The position numbers and the translations under genes are program-made. The notes below the pieces were generated by a model that made no database searches, was not told the origin of the DNA, and saw only the letters and a program-made list of their open reading frames with translations. 64,000 nucleotides of DNA, taken from positions 4,526,001 through 4,590,000 of the forward strand of contig NC_079172.1 in the NCBI RefSeq assembly GCF_947568905.1, read 5' to 3'. This DNA comes from Ostrea edulis (Eukaryota). This document shows positions 1 through 13,252 of this stretch, piece after piece; positions within the stretch are counted from its first letter, which is position 1, and every line of letters begins with the position of its first letter.

Positions 1-819
1 TTTCATTCACCACAATGTACATACGCACAAAAAATAATGGTAGCACCAATGCTATCTTTGTCATCCCCAGCCCATATACGTGTACTCCACCTGTAACAAG
101 CAAGATTTCAGTAGACAGATGTCGCGAATACATGTTCTATAACATTTTGTTTCTTGTACAAAACCGAAGGAAGCACTAGTTAAAGCTAATCTCGAATACT
201 GTCATGCTTTTTCAAAATCAGACAACTGTCTTGCAAATCCTTAAAATGTTTGATTTTAGTTCATGATAGAATGTGACAATTTTCATATCTTTCAAAGTAG
301 ATAATTTCATTTGAATCGGATGAACTTTGCTAGGTGTGTTAAGCTATCTCTAACTTTATTATTAACGGGGGTATTTCCGGTGGTCACAAAGTCAAGAAAC
401 GTATAACTTACCAACAGGTGTCTCGGAGATATTGACAATAACTTAATAAAGACAATAGAACATTAATGGATTTAAACAATGTCCCATGGCGGTCACTATT
501 CGATATTTTTACACTGTTTGATGAACAGACAATTTTTCTTTGTATGAAAGTGTTATCTCTGCTTTTCGGAAACCTAAGTATGATATCATATATCTAACCA
601 CGTGGTCACAAAAAATGGATTGCAATTATAGAAAACAAACGTCGATGTAAAGTCAGGATACCTAAAGTCGGTATCTGTAATTCTTAATAAATTCAAAGTC
701 TTAATACGTGATACAATGTACTGATTTACATACGTAAAACATATTGTTTCTTGGCATTGAAATACTATACTATTGTTTCTAGAGATTAGAATTATTAAAA
801 GTCTTTCTTCTTTTTTCAG

Positions 820-1218
820 TACCGGCCTCCAAAGTTTGCACCCCACAGTTGCGATTTTTCACAAAATCTAACAGGGGACGGGTATCATACGTTCAAACTC
901 CGAGACAGACCTGATTGGTCAATCGGATTTAAGAAGAAAGGTAGGAAGTTACCCGGATTCCTTCGACCTGGGCGTAATAACGAAATATGTCATCACTTTT
1001 CGCTAGAAATAACCGATCGAACTGTTATAACACAACCTGTAGATTTCGACATGTATCCATTACATCACTTTTCTAAAGACAATTTAAAAGAGAAAAATAG
1101 GTTCAGGAGCTATAGGAAGAAAGGGAAGAGAAAAAGAAAAATTCGTCATAATCGGAAAAAGAATCGGCGAAGAGGGAGACGACGGAGAATAAGGAAACCT
1201 AACGGCGTGGATAGGTGA
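820..1218 (+). CDS. FGF8/17/18: Terminal coding exon of an FGF8/17/18-like fibroblast growth factor (partial gene; upstream exons not found in the window)
   Basis: Polypyrimidine tract plus CAG acceptor at 801-819, then a phase-0 open frame of 132 codons to TGA at 1216-1218: YRPPKFAPHSCDFSQNLTGDGYHTFKLRDRPDWSIGFKKKGRKLPGFLRPGRNNEICHHF...RSYRKKGKRKRKIRHNRKKNRRRGRRRRIRKPNGVDR*. The C-x-F, Y, W-x-x-GF-x-KKGR-x-x-x-G and HF motifs match the last exon of vertebrate FGF8/17/18 (C-x-F...NY...WY(V/M)(G/A)FT(K/R)KGRPRKG...HF), which also starts in phase 0. The only in-frame ATG gives under 60 aa, so the ORF track omits it. Confidence 0.9.
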   Translation, partial: YRPPKFAPHSCDFSQNLTGDGYHTFKLRDRPDWSIGFKKKGRKLPGFLRPGRNNEICHHFSLEITDRTVITQPVDFDMYPLHHFSKDNLKEKNRFRSYRKKGKRKRKIRHNRKKNRRRGRRRRIRKPNGVDR

Positions 1219-2369
1219 AATAAGGACGTGCTTTTCATAGGATTTAAAACTATTTTATCGTGGAGGTTTCCCTGAAGGAGAACGGTGACACTTTTTCACA
1301 GATGTTCTCCAGAAACGCTTCAAGATGCCCACCGAATCGGAACGATGTGATTTGTCTGGAGCGAGGGATTCCGGGTGGAATATTTGGCGATTCTGCTTTG
1401 GAAGGTTGTAAAATGAGCATAGCAGTGAAATAACGTCTTTCTAGACCCGATTGGGTCGCCATTGTGATAGAAAGAAGAGCCTGACTTCTTTCAAACAATT
1501 ATCTGAATGCAATATTTATCTTGTATCAGTCATCCAGTGTGTAAATAGACACATGGTCAGGACAGCCAACCTAAAGCCATTACTCAAAATGTTCAATGCA
1601 TTGAAAATGTGGCGGACGTAATTTTGTGCGCATTGATATTGAATAAGAATGTGTGTTGTCGGCTCCGCACTAAAGAGAACGATCCGTCCCGAAACGGAGT
1701 CAAAAATCACAGGGGTGATCACTTTTGAAGGTTTCTATTTGGAACGACAAGTTATTACATAGGTTTTTTTCGGCAACACGGGTATATATAAAGTGTCAGT
1801 ACAAGTCCTGTGCTTTGGCATAGTGGCGTCAAATGTGTCCGAGTTTTGTTCACTAAACATTCCGGAAATTACAGTCATATTTGAAATATTTAAGTAAACG
1901 ATTGGACTGTTTCAAATTTATAAATGCTATTGTTGTCGTAATTATTCATTTTGACCCTCATATAAAATTTGTAAACCTATGAATGAGAAAAGGTATAAAC
2001 TACGATCGTGTATGAACTTAAGTGTAATTTATTCATTATTGCCATTTGTTGCATTTAACATTTATACTTCACAAACTGGTAGCTTACTGATTGTTGGAAA
2101 TCCATCGTAAATAATTAATATTGTAATAGTCATGTGATATGGCCAGTAAAAAGTGAGAACGATTTCTGACTGGGGCATTGATGTAAAGTCAAACATTCCA
2201 ATGGGCTTAGAATATGTTTTAAAAATAGGAAGTGATATAAGTCGTAATCAAAGCACTAGAATCTTTTCGGATTACAATTTTCGCTTTCTAGCAGCATAAT
2301 ATTGATACGACATTCAGATTACTCGCACTGAAATCCTTAGGCATACTTGTACGTCGAACATGATTTATA

Positions 2370-2410
2370 AATAAATTTTTAAAAATATTGGCCTTAGTGG
2401 CAGGAATAAA
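2370..2410 (+). terminator. Candidate polyadenylation signals for the FGF transcript
   Basis: AATAAA at 2370-2375 and 2405-2410, about 1.15 kb after the stop. Such hexamers are common by chance in AT-rich DNA. Confidence 0.25.
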
Positions 2411-2986
2411 CCGATGTTTTCCCAGGTATTTTGGAAAAGTTGTGTCACTTCCACATGACTTCACTTGTTTTAAAAGTAATCACCTTTGTTACTATTTATA
2501 GATGTCTTAAAATATTGATGGTGCCTATATCGTATTGATATACTATGTTTTGTTTTGTTTCCATGGTTACTGTTTGTATAAGATATGTAATTGTTACCAA
2601 AGAATATTTATTACATTTTGTATATATCTATGTTAAAATTGTCCCATAAAGCGTGTACCTAGTGCACATAGTGCAGTAGATACAATTAAAATTGAAATAT
2701 CCAACAATTATTCACTGTCTTATCTTTTTTCATTGGCTACACAATTTGACAGCAGTTTCTAACCGGAACAGATATTGGAAATATTCTACCACTACACCAA
2801 GGGATGGCACTTGGTATTTCCATGTTTTACATCATAATTACTGTGTAACAATCTGACGCCATAGAGTATATATACTCCATACAATTCGGTTACTCACGGT
2901 GATGCACCTGTATTGCAAGGGCTTAGGAGGGGGCAACACAGATGCACAATGAAGATACGCAAACAAAATGAAAATGTTTTCATATG

Positions 2987-3180
2987 CTGATTTTGATTAT
3001 GGATTACTGTTTACCTGATCAAGATATAGGGCTCACAGTAGGTGTGATCGGTCAACAGAGGATGCTTATTTCTCCTAAGTACCTGATCCCATCTCTGGTG
3101 TCTCCAGGGGACCATGTTTGCCCTACTCTCAATTTTGTATTTTTTACGATTATTTTTTTTATAGATTGATCACTGTTCGT
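2987..3180 (+). mobile_element. Short terminal fragment of a common oyster-type retroelement (possibly Penelope-like or LINE 3' end)
   Basis: The stretch ctgattttgattatggatta...cctgatcaagatatagggctcac...cctgatccca...gagattgatcactgttcg-like resembles a recurrent bivalve retroelement end I recognise. No coding remnant is present here, so the class is uncertain. Confidence 0.45.
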
Positions 3181-4657
3181 TTTTATTAAGCATATACATG
3201 TATATAAATACATATCATATCAGATAATATGCTTATTCTCTATTCTAATTACAATGGTAAAACTGATATCCAAGCGCTGAGAATGACTTTCAGGTTGTTT
3301 GATGTAACGGTTATACAGTTCCATTTGCTGTTGTGACATTTGCAATACCAACGCGGTGCACTGTGTGCGAATTTGTCAACAACAGACCACTCGACATGTA
3401 ACAAAGCGAACACCTTTGTTTTTATCCCAATTCCACGAACCACTGAAATGAAAAAGTTGTGAACTCGTAGAGTTTGTTTATTCACCCATTAAGTATTTTA
3501 TGGATATGTTATAGGAGTGAAATTTTCAGGACTTAAGAATTTGGCAAGCCCGCCTTCTCACCAAAGGTATCTGCAAACCAGATCCATTATGGTCGTCTTA
3601 TGAACTGACGTTCTGCTAACTTCGAAGGATTACAGGAAATGTGCTTATGACAACTTGCTAAATTAAGCAAAATTAATTGCAACACTTAACTCATTTTTCA
3701 TGTTTAACGTGTACATATTTTTTTTTTATTTAAAGTACATATCCACATTTCGCCATTCAGCCTTGTGTCTACAACATGTACGATTTGTTTGCCGTCTCTT
3801 TAACTTTACTCTCCAGAACAACATCCCCTCTGGGATGTAGGTTCTAATGGTTTTCCTACCTTTGTCCTCTAGGTAGAGATCGCCAAAACATCAAACGTAG
3901 GAAGACGACATATTCCTTTCAGGAGTTTGCGCGGGTTAGAGTGCACCGCAAGAATGCAATACTTTAATCCCGATTAGATTTAAAAGCAATCCCTTTACCA
4001 AGCCGCTCTTTAATGTCATGCAGTCTCAATTAATTTTTAATCGATCGGAATCAAAGTTCTGATTTATTTACCGCCGTGTTGTGCAATGTGATTGCCGTGT
4101 ACCTTATGACGAACATGTGCAGCCACCAACGTTGTTTTCATGTCAGATCTGTATATCTGGATGAAATGTCTAAATTAAACGAGTCTCCTGCGTGTTAACT
4201 GACTACATGTACCTTTGTGGTGGTCTTCATTTCACTCTGTTCATGGAATACGAAATAATATAGTCTTTTTTCATTGTCATCATAGTGAATCCAGTGTCAT
4301 ATTGGAAATGCACATGTATTATTCACTTGATTTAGGGTGTGAAGCTGAAAATCAGTTTGATTAAAAGATCATATATAATTATATTTTTTAAACTCGTAAT
4401 GTAGTTTATATCATTTATAAAAAATTCTTATCTCGCCGTATTCTGGTTCCCCTTTAAATGAGACTAGAATTAAACCAGTATAATTCCAATGTTATTTATT
4501 ACAATTGTTTTGATTGGACAAAAATAAAGCTGAACAAGAGTTTATACATCAATAAATCCGAAAACGCGATGTATTCGTTCACGCCTGAAAACAAATAACA
4601 TAGTGCGGGGAAACTATTCAAATTTTTGCAATTTTTAATAAAGTGAATGAATTGGAA

Positions 4658-4826
4658 TTATAAGAATCAAACATTCTTTTTGAAGAATTTATCGATGTGT
4701 AAACTCCGGACATTTTACTCACAAACTAAACATGAAAGTGCTTCGTACTTTTATTCACTTTGTGAGTAAAATGTCTGGAGTTTACATATCGATAAATTCT
4801 TCAAAAAGAATGTTTAATCCTATAAT
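4658..4826. repeat. Foldback inverted repeat (two ~68 bp arms, ~33 bp loop), probably part of a non-autonomous DNA element
   Basis: 4658-4725 (ttataagaatcaaacattctttttgaagaatttatcgatgtgtaaactccggacattttactcacaaa) is a near-perfect reverse complement of 4759-4826. A single-arm copy recurs at 43825-43891. Confidence 0.85.
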
Positions 4827-4896
4827 AACTTCGTTTAAATCTGAATTGTGATGTCGTCTGCGGCTATCATATGATGGAGAAAAACAACTTTTATAC

Positions 4897-5167
4897 GATT
4901 TGATTAATTGATTTTATGTTGTTTACCATCCCGCTCGAGAATAGTTCACTCATATGGAGACGTCATCATTGGCGGTGAAGGGCTGCAAAATTTAGGCCTA
5001 CGCTCGGCGCTTACGGCCATTGAGCAGGGAGGGATCTCAATCGTGTCACGCCTGCTGTGACACGGGACCTCTGTTTTAACGGTCTCATCCGAAGGACCGC
5101 CCCATTTAGTCGCCTCTTACGACGAGCAAGGTGTATTGAGGACCTATTCTAACCCAGATCCCCAAAG
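4897..5167 (-). mobile_element. SINE-like element, family B (no obvious tRNA head)
   Basis: Reverse complement of the family seen at 40449, 43300, 54581 and 55311 (ggatccgggttagaataggtcc...gtcgtaagaggcgactaaatgggg...cctaaattttgcagcccttcacc...gacgtctccatatgagtgaa), with a (gatt)n tail at 4897-4912. Confidence 0.85.
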
Positions 5168-5594
5168 GATTCTTTCTACGATGTAAATTGTATCGATGAA
5201 TTCAAATTGTGTTTTACGGGGAAAAAATCAGCATAATGTAATTCCGGTACTATATGGAATAATGTTGAGTATAGCAAGTACAAAGTAAGATCCTATTCCA
5301 GTATTAAAAAAAAACACTTAACAAGTACTAAAATTAATAAAATTTTCCAGAATGAAAGTTAAAAACTTAAACAAGTTCAGAGTCAAAAAAATCTTCCAGA
5401 ACAAAAACTTGTGCTGTAAGTATAAAGCAAAAATATCTAGTATGAAATAAAATTGATAAAAAAGTACATTATCTCAATCAGGCAAATTTTACACCCTGTC
5501 TGAAAATTTGAATTGCAGCCTACGCAAGCCATCATTGTAGTGCTCTTACGATAACTTATTATGAATATCAAAATTACAATTTAAAAAAGTCATT

Positions 5595-5619
5595 GGGGGG
5601 GGGGGGGGGGGGGGGGGGG
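5595..5619. repeat. Poly-G run (25 nt)
   Basis: Direct reading; explains the Gly run in ORF 5593..5805. Confidence 0.95.
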
Positions 5620-6071
5620 CTCTTGTTTGAAGTGATAATCATCTTGAAGGATCAATATCTTTTCAAAAGTACGAAAATCTTATTTCTATCGCTGACTTCA
5701 AGGTTAGAGTTGAATGGAACAGAAACATTTTTTTCTATATTTATCTACTGGGTTATCTTCACTTGTAGCATCGGAAGAGCGACCTGTTTGAAATTTGTCT
5801 GTTAGATGCAGGTTTTATCCTTGAGCGATACGTCCGCAATGTGCCCAGCTTTGCCACATGCAGGCAGAGTAATATTCAAAAATACGAACAACTAAACACG
5901 ATCAAAACAACAAAAACATTTGAAATCTGGTAGATAGTCATCACCGATGTGAAACGAGATCCACTGTTTAAGTATCAGATAGGTTAAAATAACTTACTGT
6001 TTTTCATAGCTGTTCCTAAAGAAAATGATTTTGAGCAGATTGGAGTTCTCAAAGGATCATACTTTAATAAG

Positions 6072-6205
6072 CGGTAAAAGATACCAATATTACTAAGACA
6101 ATGAACATGTGGCTTGATTTTTTCTTCGAACCATAATATAACGGTAAAAGATACCAATATTACTAAGAGAATGAACATGTGGTTTGATGTTTTTCTTCGA
6201 ACCAT
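6072..6205. repeat. Local tandem duplication, period 70 bp, two copies
   Basis: cggtaaaagataccaatattactaaga...cttcgaaccat at 6072 and 6142. Confidence 0.9.
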
Positions 6206-6887
6206 CATTCTTTAAAATATCAGATCCATTAATTGTTTGAAAATTCAGTAAAGTTATTTTAGATAGTGGAATCCGGGATTTATCCGATTACTGTTTGAAT
6301 AATACAAACCCTATGTCCATGTGTTTACCATACTTTTAAAATGGGAAGTGTTTTCAACAAAAACCAGAAAGTTCATGTTACAGTATGCAGGGCTCATGCT
6401 ATTATTTGGCAATTTCAGATGTCTTACGTCATAATTTAGATATTTTCAGAGAGACTTTTGCGCCTGTTTATTTCAGGAATGTGATATTACCTTGTCTGGA
6501 AAAAAAATACATAAAACAATAAACCGCTATCCGTAATTGATGACCTCCAGGTGTATCTGCATCACTAAGTTAGAATACGTATTATGAGTGCCATCGTCCA
6601 GTTCATTCATATCCAAAAAATGTGTACCTTTATTTGAATAAATTCGAATCTAAAAATTCATTTATGGATGGAAGAAAAACGCTTGTACACAAATATTTCT
6701 TTGATGTCTTAAAATCTAATGCACAGTTTATTCTAAGAGGATCTGTACTTTTGCTATGTCTAAGGAAGTGTGTACACGATGTCTTTAAAATAATATATTA
6801 TACATTTATTAGCAACCATGGTTTGAAAAGTTTACAGGTACATGTATTTGAATGGGGTCCGTACGTCAGGTACCAATTCAGGAGTTC

Positions 6888-6891
<4 letters not shown>

Positions 6892-6942
<51 letters not shown>
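6892..6942. repeat. (TA)n microsatellite
   Basis: Direct reading. Confidence 0.97.
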
Positions 6943-6944
<2 letters not shown>

Positions 6945-9900
6945 AACTTTACAAACCTTTTGCAGATGAAATTTGAACAGTCGAGAAACACAGTTTCCCT
7001 TAATCATGAAAATGAATGGAAATATGGAAACCAGCGCGGCAGGATAATTGGTAGAAGTTGTTCGCCGGAAATGTAGAGCTGCGGGTACCGCAATGGAATT
7101 TCAAGTTAATCTGAATGCTGTAAGCTACCGATATGTATTCAAAGACCCGGCTTCTTGTTTATCTTTTGACATCCAAGGTCGTGTAGACTAAAGCGAAATT
7201 GAATTTTAATAAAATGGCTCAAAAGAGATGGCGTTGTTTAGTCAAATAAGCTGTGTGGTTTGATGTACAGGGATTAGGAGGACAAACACTTGAGATGTAA
7301 AATGTATGCACGGCCACGGACGTATTAAGAAAGAACTCTAAAGATGTAATTCTGGTGATTAGACTGGGATTTTGTCGCACTTTGTCAATGAAACATGGTG
7401 GAAACATCTGGAGGCCCTGACAGCCTGGAATTCGTTACAGAACCATCCTCAATTATTTTACTAAAGATTTTGTCGCTTTTCATATGTATATGATCATTAT
7501 TATATTTGGGACCAATGATATACTACTTAACTTCTTTGGGTTCAGTACATACAAAGACCCTGCTAATGACTAGGCTTTTAGCGATTTTACGCGCAAAATT
7601 CCACCGCTATAACAATTCAATGCGTGTTAAAATGACAAAACATATATGGGTGTTAAAATGTCTGTGGGTAGATGATTCAGTTATTTTCTTTCGATTGCAT
7701 CCTTGATATTCGCTCATTCAAGGGTACGATTAATCCTTAATAATGTCGTAGCTTTCACGGCTACGATGGACTTTTAATGGATTGCATATTTCCATATCAT
7801 ATCTGCATCATCAAAGGTAGAGATAGCCATCAAATTTATGCTGGAAACAGATATGTAGTTTTTACAATTGAAAAATAACTAGAGGACTCAATTTACGAAA
7901 TGGAGAAGGAGGTCTTTTGCTGAAGTACAGGTTGAATTTGAGATATTGTTCAGTTTAATAATAGATTGTCTGAGATTCGTAATAATTCTTCACAAACATT
8001 GGTATAAAAGAGTTTACTATTCTAACATGCACATAGCTTACAATTCACAATGTATGTAGGAAAATTTACTAAACAAGAAATATGGATTTTTTGTTTGTTT
8101 GTAAAAAAGAAAAGGGGGGATCCAAGGGCAATGAACTTCAGCAACTGACAAACTTGAAAAATTCATCTGCCCTATCTAGTTTGGGAACAATGGGTAACCT
8201 AACAAGTATGCTACGTCTAGCGTGTGTAGGTTCTGTTCAGCTCGAGGAATGCTTTACTTTAACAGTCCACTAGACAACCTGAACAATCCCAAGTTTTTGT
8301 AGGTGGAAGACAGACACACAAACTGGGCTGCTACTCGAAATATTGCACCTAATATACGATGAAATGCATGGTGTATCCATGTTTCAGCTCTCCAAGCAGC
8401 ATGACTCCAGTGGAATATTTGTGCTCTTTAATTTTCAAACCACACCAGTTTAAACACGTAGAGGACAATAAATGCTAACAACCTTTTTGGCTATGTAAAA
8501 AATAAAGTTTATAAGATAGATTAAATCTTATTCCATTTCACAAAAAACAGCATGTCAAATACAGTTCCACATAATTTGTCCTTAATATTTCCGTTCATTT
8601 TCGAGCACATGAAATCAAAAGTGACATAATTTCCCAATTACATTGATATTTAGGTAATATGCCAATTTCTGCGAATGTTGTTCATTCAGGAAACATAGAG
8701 TGCATATTTGAGCAAACACATGCGTGTAGACAGAAAGATCGTCCTTGTGCCGAATGTTTTATGAAGGAAAAATTCTGAACAATATCAATTTCATGTCAGA
8801 ATACCGACAATGGCGGGGACAGTAACTGTTATGATGTTATAAGTTTGAATTTAGGCCATTGTGGTCAATTTTAGAATAACATCTCAATTGCATCGGGTTT
8901 CTTGCACAAAATACACTTCATATACATGATACATGCGCTTTGGGCAGAAAATTATATTCATCGTAAATTCTATTTCTACCATTAATTTACATGTATAAGA
9001 TATATCATAGATAAAGATTTATATGTTGATCAAATAAATAAAACACATGTCTTTTCTTTCCAAAATTGGTGAAAATCTTAAAATCTGAATATCGCGATAT
9101 GAAGGATGGAAATTGAGTATACTACCACATGTCAGACAATTTCACACGACAAATTAATCGCAGATCCATTTGACCATAACCGAACAAAGACTTTCAGATA
9201 CTTTCGATATGCTTTCGCTGAAGAGATTTAGGCTATGCTTTTGGGACACGCTGTAAAGGGAACTTTTATAGGGGTTGCGGAAGACTTTAAAACTTACGTA
9301 GCGGAAATGTCATATCAGCGATCAGACATCAAAGTTGATGGACCGATAATAATCAAACTCTCTTGAAAGGAAAAATACAAATAAAGAAGACCAGAATAAT
9401 TGTAATGTTATGTGCTTTATGTAGAGAACAGAGAAATGTACAGCTTCACGGTAAATGTGGTGAACTATGAACCCTAGTGATTTTCATCGGGTACATTTTC
9501 ACACACCACGTGTAATGATAATGAAAGTTTTTCGTGCAGCGTGGAGGTGGGCCTAGTGTATTGGTTAGGTTCCTGCTTTGCGCCCAGCTGAAACATGTCC
9601 ATGGTTTCGCGTGACTTTCAAAACAGAAATGACAAGTTGGAATTTCGTATGCATACTTGATCACCAACGAGAACACTTGATCTTCACACGAGATGTGCCG
9701 GTTTTTGGGACGCTTGTCCAAGCAACTTTTGTTCAAAACCAAATCCTTAAAAGATTTTTTCTGTGGGACTGTAACTAGAGAAAACGAGTTTTACGTGGGT
9801 CCCCCGTCGCCCTGTCTAGATATTACAGACCTGGAATGTCGGTATTGACAGTGCGTTGTAGGGTCATTTCGTTTGAACGATTCGCGAGAATGGGAGAGAG

Positions 9901-12900
9901 TTTGTTTTTTTATCCTTGTGTAAAATGTTACTTTCCGTGATTTTCCACGAGGTTACAGTGGGAACATAACACCTGATGGTAGTCTCTCTTCCTCCCGAGG
10001 TGCTTATGTTGTAAACATGGACGTTAAGTGGCACAAAGCCCCGCAACATTGGATACACTACGTGTTTGTATGGATTAAAGTCTATGTTTTTAATACATTT
10101 CTGTATTTGTATTTTACACCATACACCAGCTGTATCCCCAGTTGTACTGTGTGTAGTGGTAGTGCCTTATCTTATCTGTTGGCCTACTCTAGTTAGTCGA
10201 CCATTGTGTGACAATGTACTCATATCAAGTACTCGTCTCTACTTTGATGTGAGATATCACCAAATAAAACAGTTTAAATCGGATCAAAAACTAGAAAGGG
10301 GAATATGTTTACTGTATTACACAGGGATGGTCAAACGTTTACACAGTCGCGACTCTATGTGTTGAAGAGTTCCGCAAGTTTTACACTTTTTAACACTATC
10401 TCCCAATAACGACTAACGTGTTAATTTAAAATGTTGAAATATAGCACAACAAACCATCTGCAAAGAATCATTTATGAAAAGTAGAATTATATGTAATTAA
10501 GTACTTAGTTTTTCTTAAATCAGGTGACACCGCTACTATATGATATATACAACAATAGATACAGGGGGCATCTCTGACTCACTCCAAATATATTGACCCT
10601 GTAAACTAAAACGATAGTTAACGAGACAAGAATAAATACGCATGGGGCATAGGACGCGATTATTACGATTTCTATGAATGCCAAAAACACATTTTCTGCA
10701 GGTTTAAATGACGTGTGGTGATAAAAGGGATATCTAAGATTTTTAATTTTCTTGTTTGTAGCAATATAACGCGGGTTTGTTCACCTGATCTACTTAATGT
10801 AATTTTCAAAAATTTATTTGAAATGCAAGCATGATTTGGGGTATCATATTCTGCAGCGAATCAATAAAGCTTTGTTTTTCCCGTCAGCAAAGTTCGTACT
10901 TTAGTAGATTTGCTTAAAAGATAAAGAGGGACAGGTCTTTGTATTACAGAGTCACAAGTTTTCATCAAGATACAAAAACCTCAACAATGTAACATGTTAG
11001 CATTAGTGTACAAAACCTTTAAAGCGGATCTCTAGAGGGTTTTTTCCTAATATCCACTAACAAATAGAGATCTCATCTTCATTCCTGCAAGTGCGACCCT
11101 TTATCTCTTAAAATGTCAACATATTTTCTGGTTTTCTTTTTTCATCGACTTCTGTGTTGATAGTATCTCCCGACAAATCCGCGAACACCGCCATCCCGCC
11201 CCCCGTAACATCGCTTTTTGTCGGTGGTAACTCGAGACACCGCCGCTGATTTGTCTCTAATTTGATTACTTCAAGCATGGTAGATTCATCCGAGGAATTT
11301 GGGTATATCATGATGGACATGCTGTTTAGTTTTATACAAAGAGAAGAGACAGAAAGGTGCTTTCTCTATTACAAAAAAATTAAATAAAGGGGGAAAAGCC
11401 TACAACAAAATAAAAACCCCAAAACCCACGGAAACTATTACAACATGTATGCTTGTTATTCATATCTAAATTTGCTTGATGATGTTGAATAAAGGAAAAT
11501 TAAGAAAGGAGCCTCCCTACAGTAATTTTATAATAAATATATAGAAACATCTATACATACAATTAATAAAAGGGTTATTTCAAATCAACACAACACAAAC
11601 ATCTTTGATACATATTACTGTACATGTGCATATAATGTCAAACATTTTCGAGTCATGGCAATGAATAGACTCGATTAATTATTGTAATAGGGGGAAACTC
11701 CGTTTATTCACAGGAAACCTTAATAACGTAAGTGGGGGGGGGGGGGGGCAGGACGTTATTTAATTATTTACAAGCAATCATTTCCGGTCAGTCAGAGAGA
11801 GAAAGAGAGAGGAAAGCTTGATACCTCCTATACCTCTTGCAAAGAAATGATTTGTCTTCAGCTGGTTGGCATCATTTTCATAATAAAAGCGCTGCCTGTA
11901 TGCCTTTGTGTCTCTTTTCAAGAGTATTATAGTAGTTCTTGAGTGGTCAATTTTCTAATCACGTGACACGTTGAACTTATGGCAAAGTGACACTGCTTGG
12001 ACGAAGCATCTCGACTTCCTGTGAAGAACAATGTCTTGCTAAAGTAGACCCTTCTAGGTATGAAGCGTGTAATTAAGGTCGACATAAAAAGAAATGGAAC
12101 CTCCATCGCCTGTTTTTCCTTAGAAATACAGCTGTTGAAAAATATTTTTCAGTGCTCCTGTAATAATTTAATTCGGTCTGGTAGTTTCAGCGTAACGTTT
12201 CAGTTCAAACAGATTTGCGTATACATACATTTTAGGACATTGCATGTCAATCTAAATCTTCCTACCTGTCCCTGAAATATGTATGCAAGTAATTACAGAA
12301 GAAAATTAAATTAATTGCATGCAAATTAAAATAACGAGACCAGATGCATAAAATTGTGTCGTTAACTAGAGGGATACTGCGTTACGCGGCAGTCTTTGAC
12401 GAAAATAACAACGTCTAAGGTTATTTTATATCATAATCCATACATTCTTTCGTAATTATGCTTAAGTTTACCACTGAGATAATTTATTGGCATGTATATT
12501 GCAAGGTTAACACTCACGGCTCCGACTATTTAAGGCGTTTGCAGGAAATGTACCCCCACTGAACCGTTCTAATTTTAGATGATAAATTTCTTTGCTTTAA
12601 TATTTGCATTTCGTTTCCATCATTCTTGGAATTATAAAATATTCTAATTTCATATAGATAAGTTCGTAAAGACAAGATAATTATAAGAAATTATCACTAC
12701 ATTAAGTATAAAAAGAACGTTAAACACGATTCTAGAAAATTATCGTCTTTATAAAAGCAAAACGAAAAAGCTTTTTGAATGGCAATTATAAAATGATTTC
12801 ACCAACACAAACTACTTTTTAAAAGGAATATTGTAATGTATTAAGAAGAAAAAAAACCCACATAATTTATACATGTTGTCCATGGACTCTGTGCGCTAGA

Positions 12901-13165
12901 CTGTCTTCAGAAAGAGACGGTTTGAACTTTCTGGTATATTCGAACAGATATGGAAGTCATCTATTAACTAGACAATTCTACTGGTCTACACACTCGACGA
13001 GACATTTCTTCTATATATATATATATACAATACCCATATAGTGTATCACTGTCTTTGGCCTACATTGAGAGTACGATATATTAAGATAAATTCCTGTTTG
13101 TAATTTTAAGATAGTACGTATGTAAAGATCGCTCAACCTGTGGAATTAGAAGTGACGTCAAACAA

Positions 13166-13252
13166 CTGAACAGTTTCTATACTTGAACAGTTTCTATACT
13201 TGAACAGTTTCTATACTTGAACAGTTTTTATACTTGAACAGTTTCTATACTT
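13166..13252. repeat. 17 bp minisatellite, about 5 copies
   Basis: Unit acttgaacagtttctat. Confidence 0.92.

Noticed and set aside
545-577. YLCF motif resembling the FGF middle exon (YLCM/F)
   Set aside because: Bracketed by in-frame TGA (545) and TAA (575), with no usable splice sites; chance.
586-846. Minus-strand 86 aa ORF overlapping the FGF acceptor
   Set aside because: AT-rich intronic sequence, no recognisable motif.
5593-7076. ORFs with Gly runs or YI repeats
   Set aside because: Produced by poly-G and (TA)n tracts.
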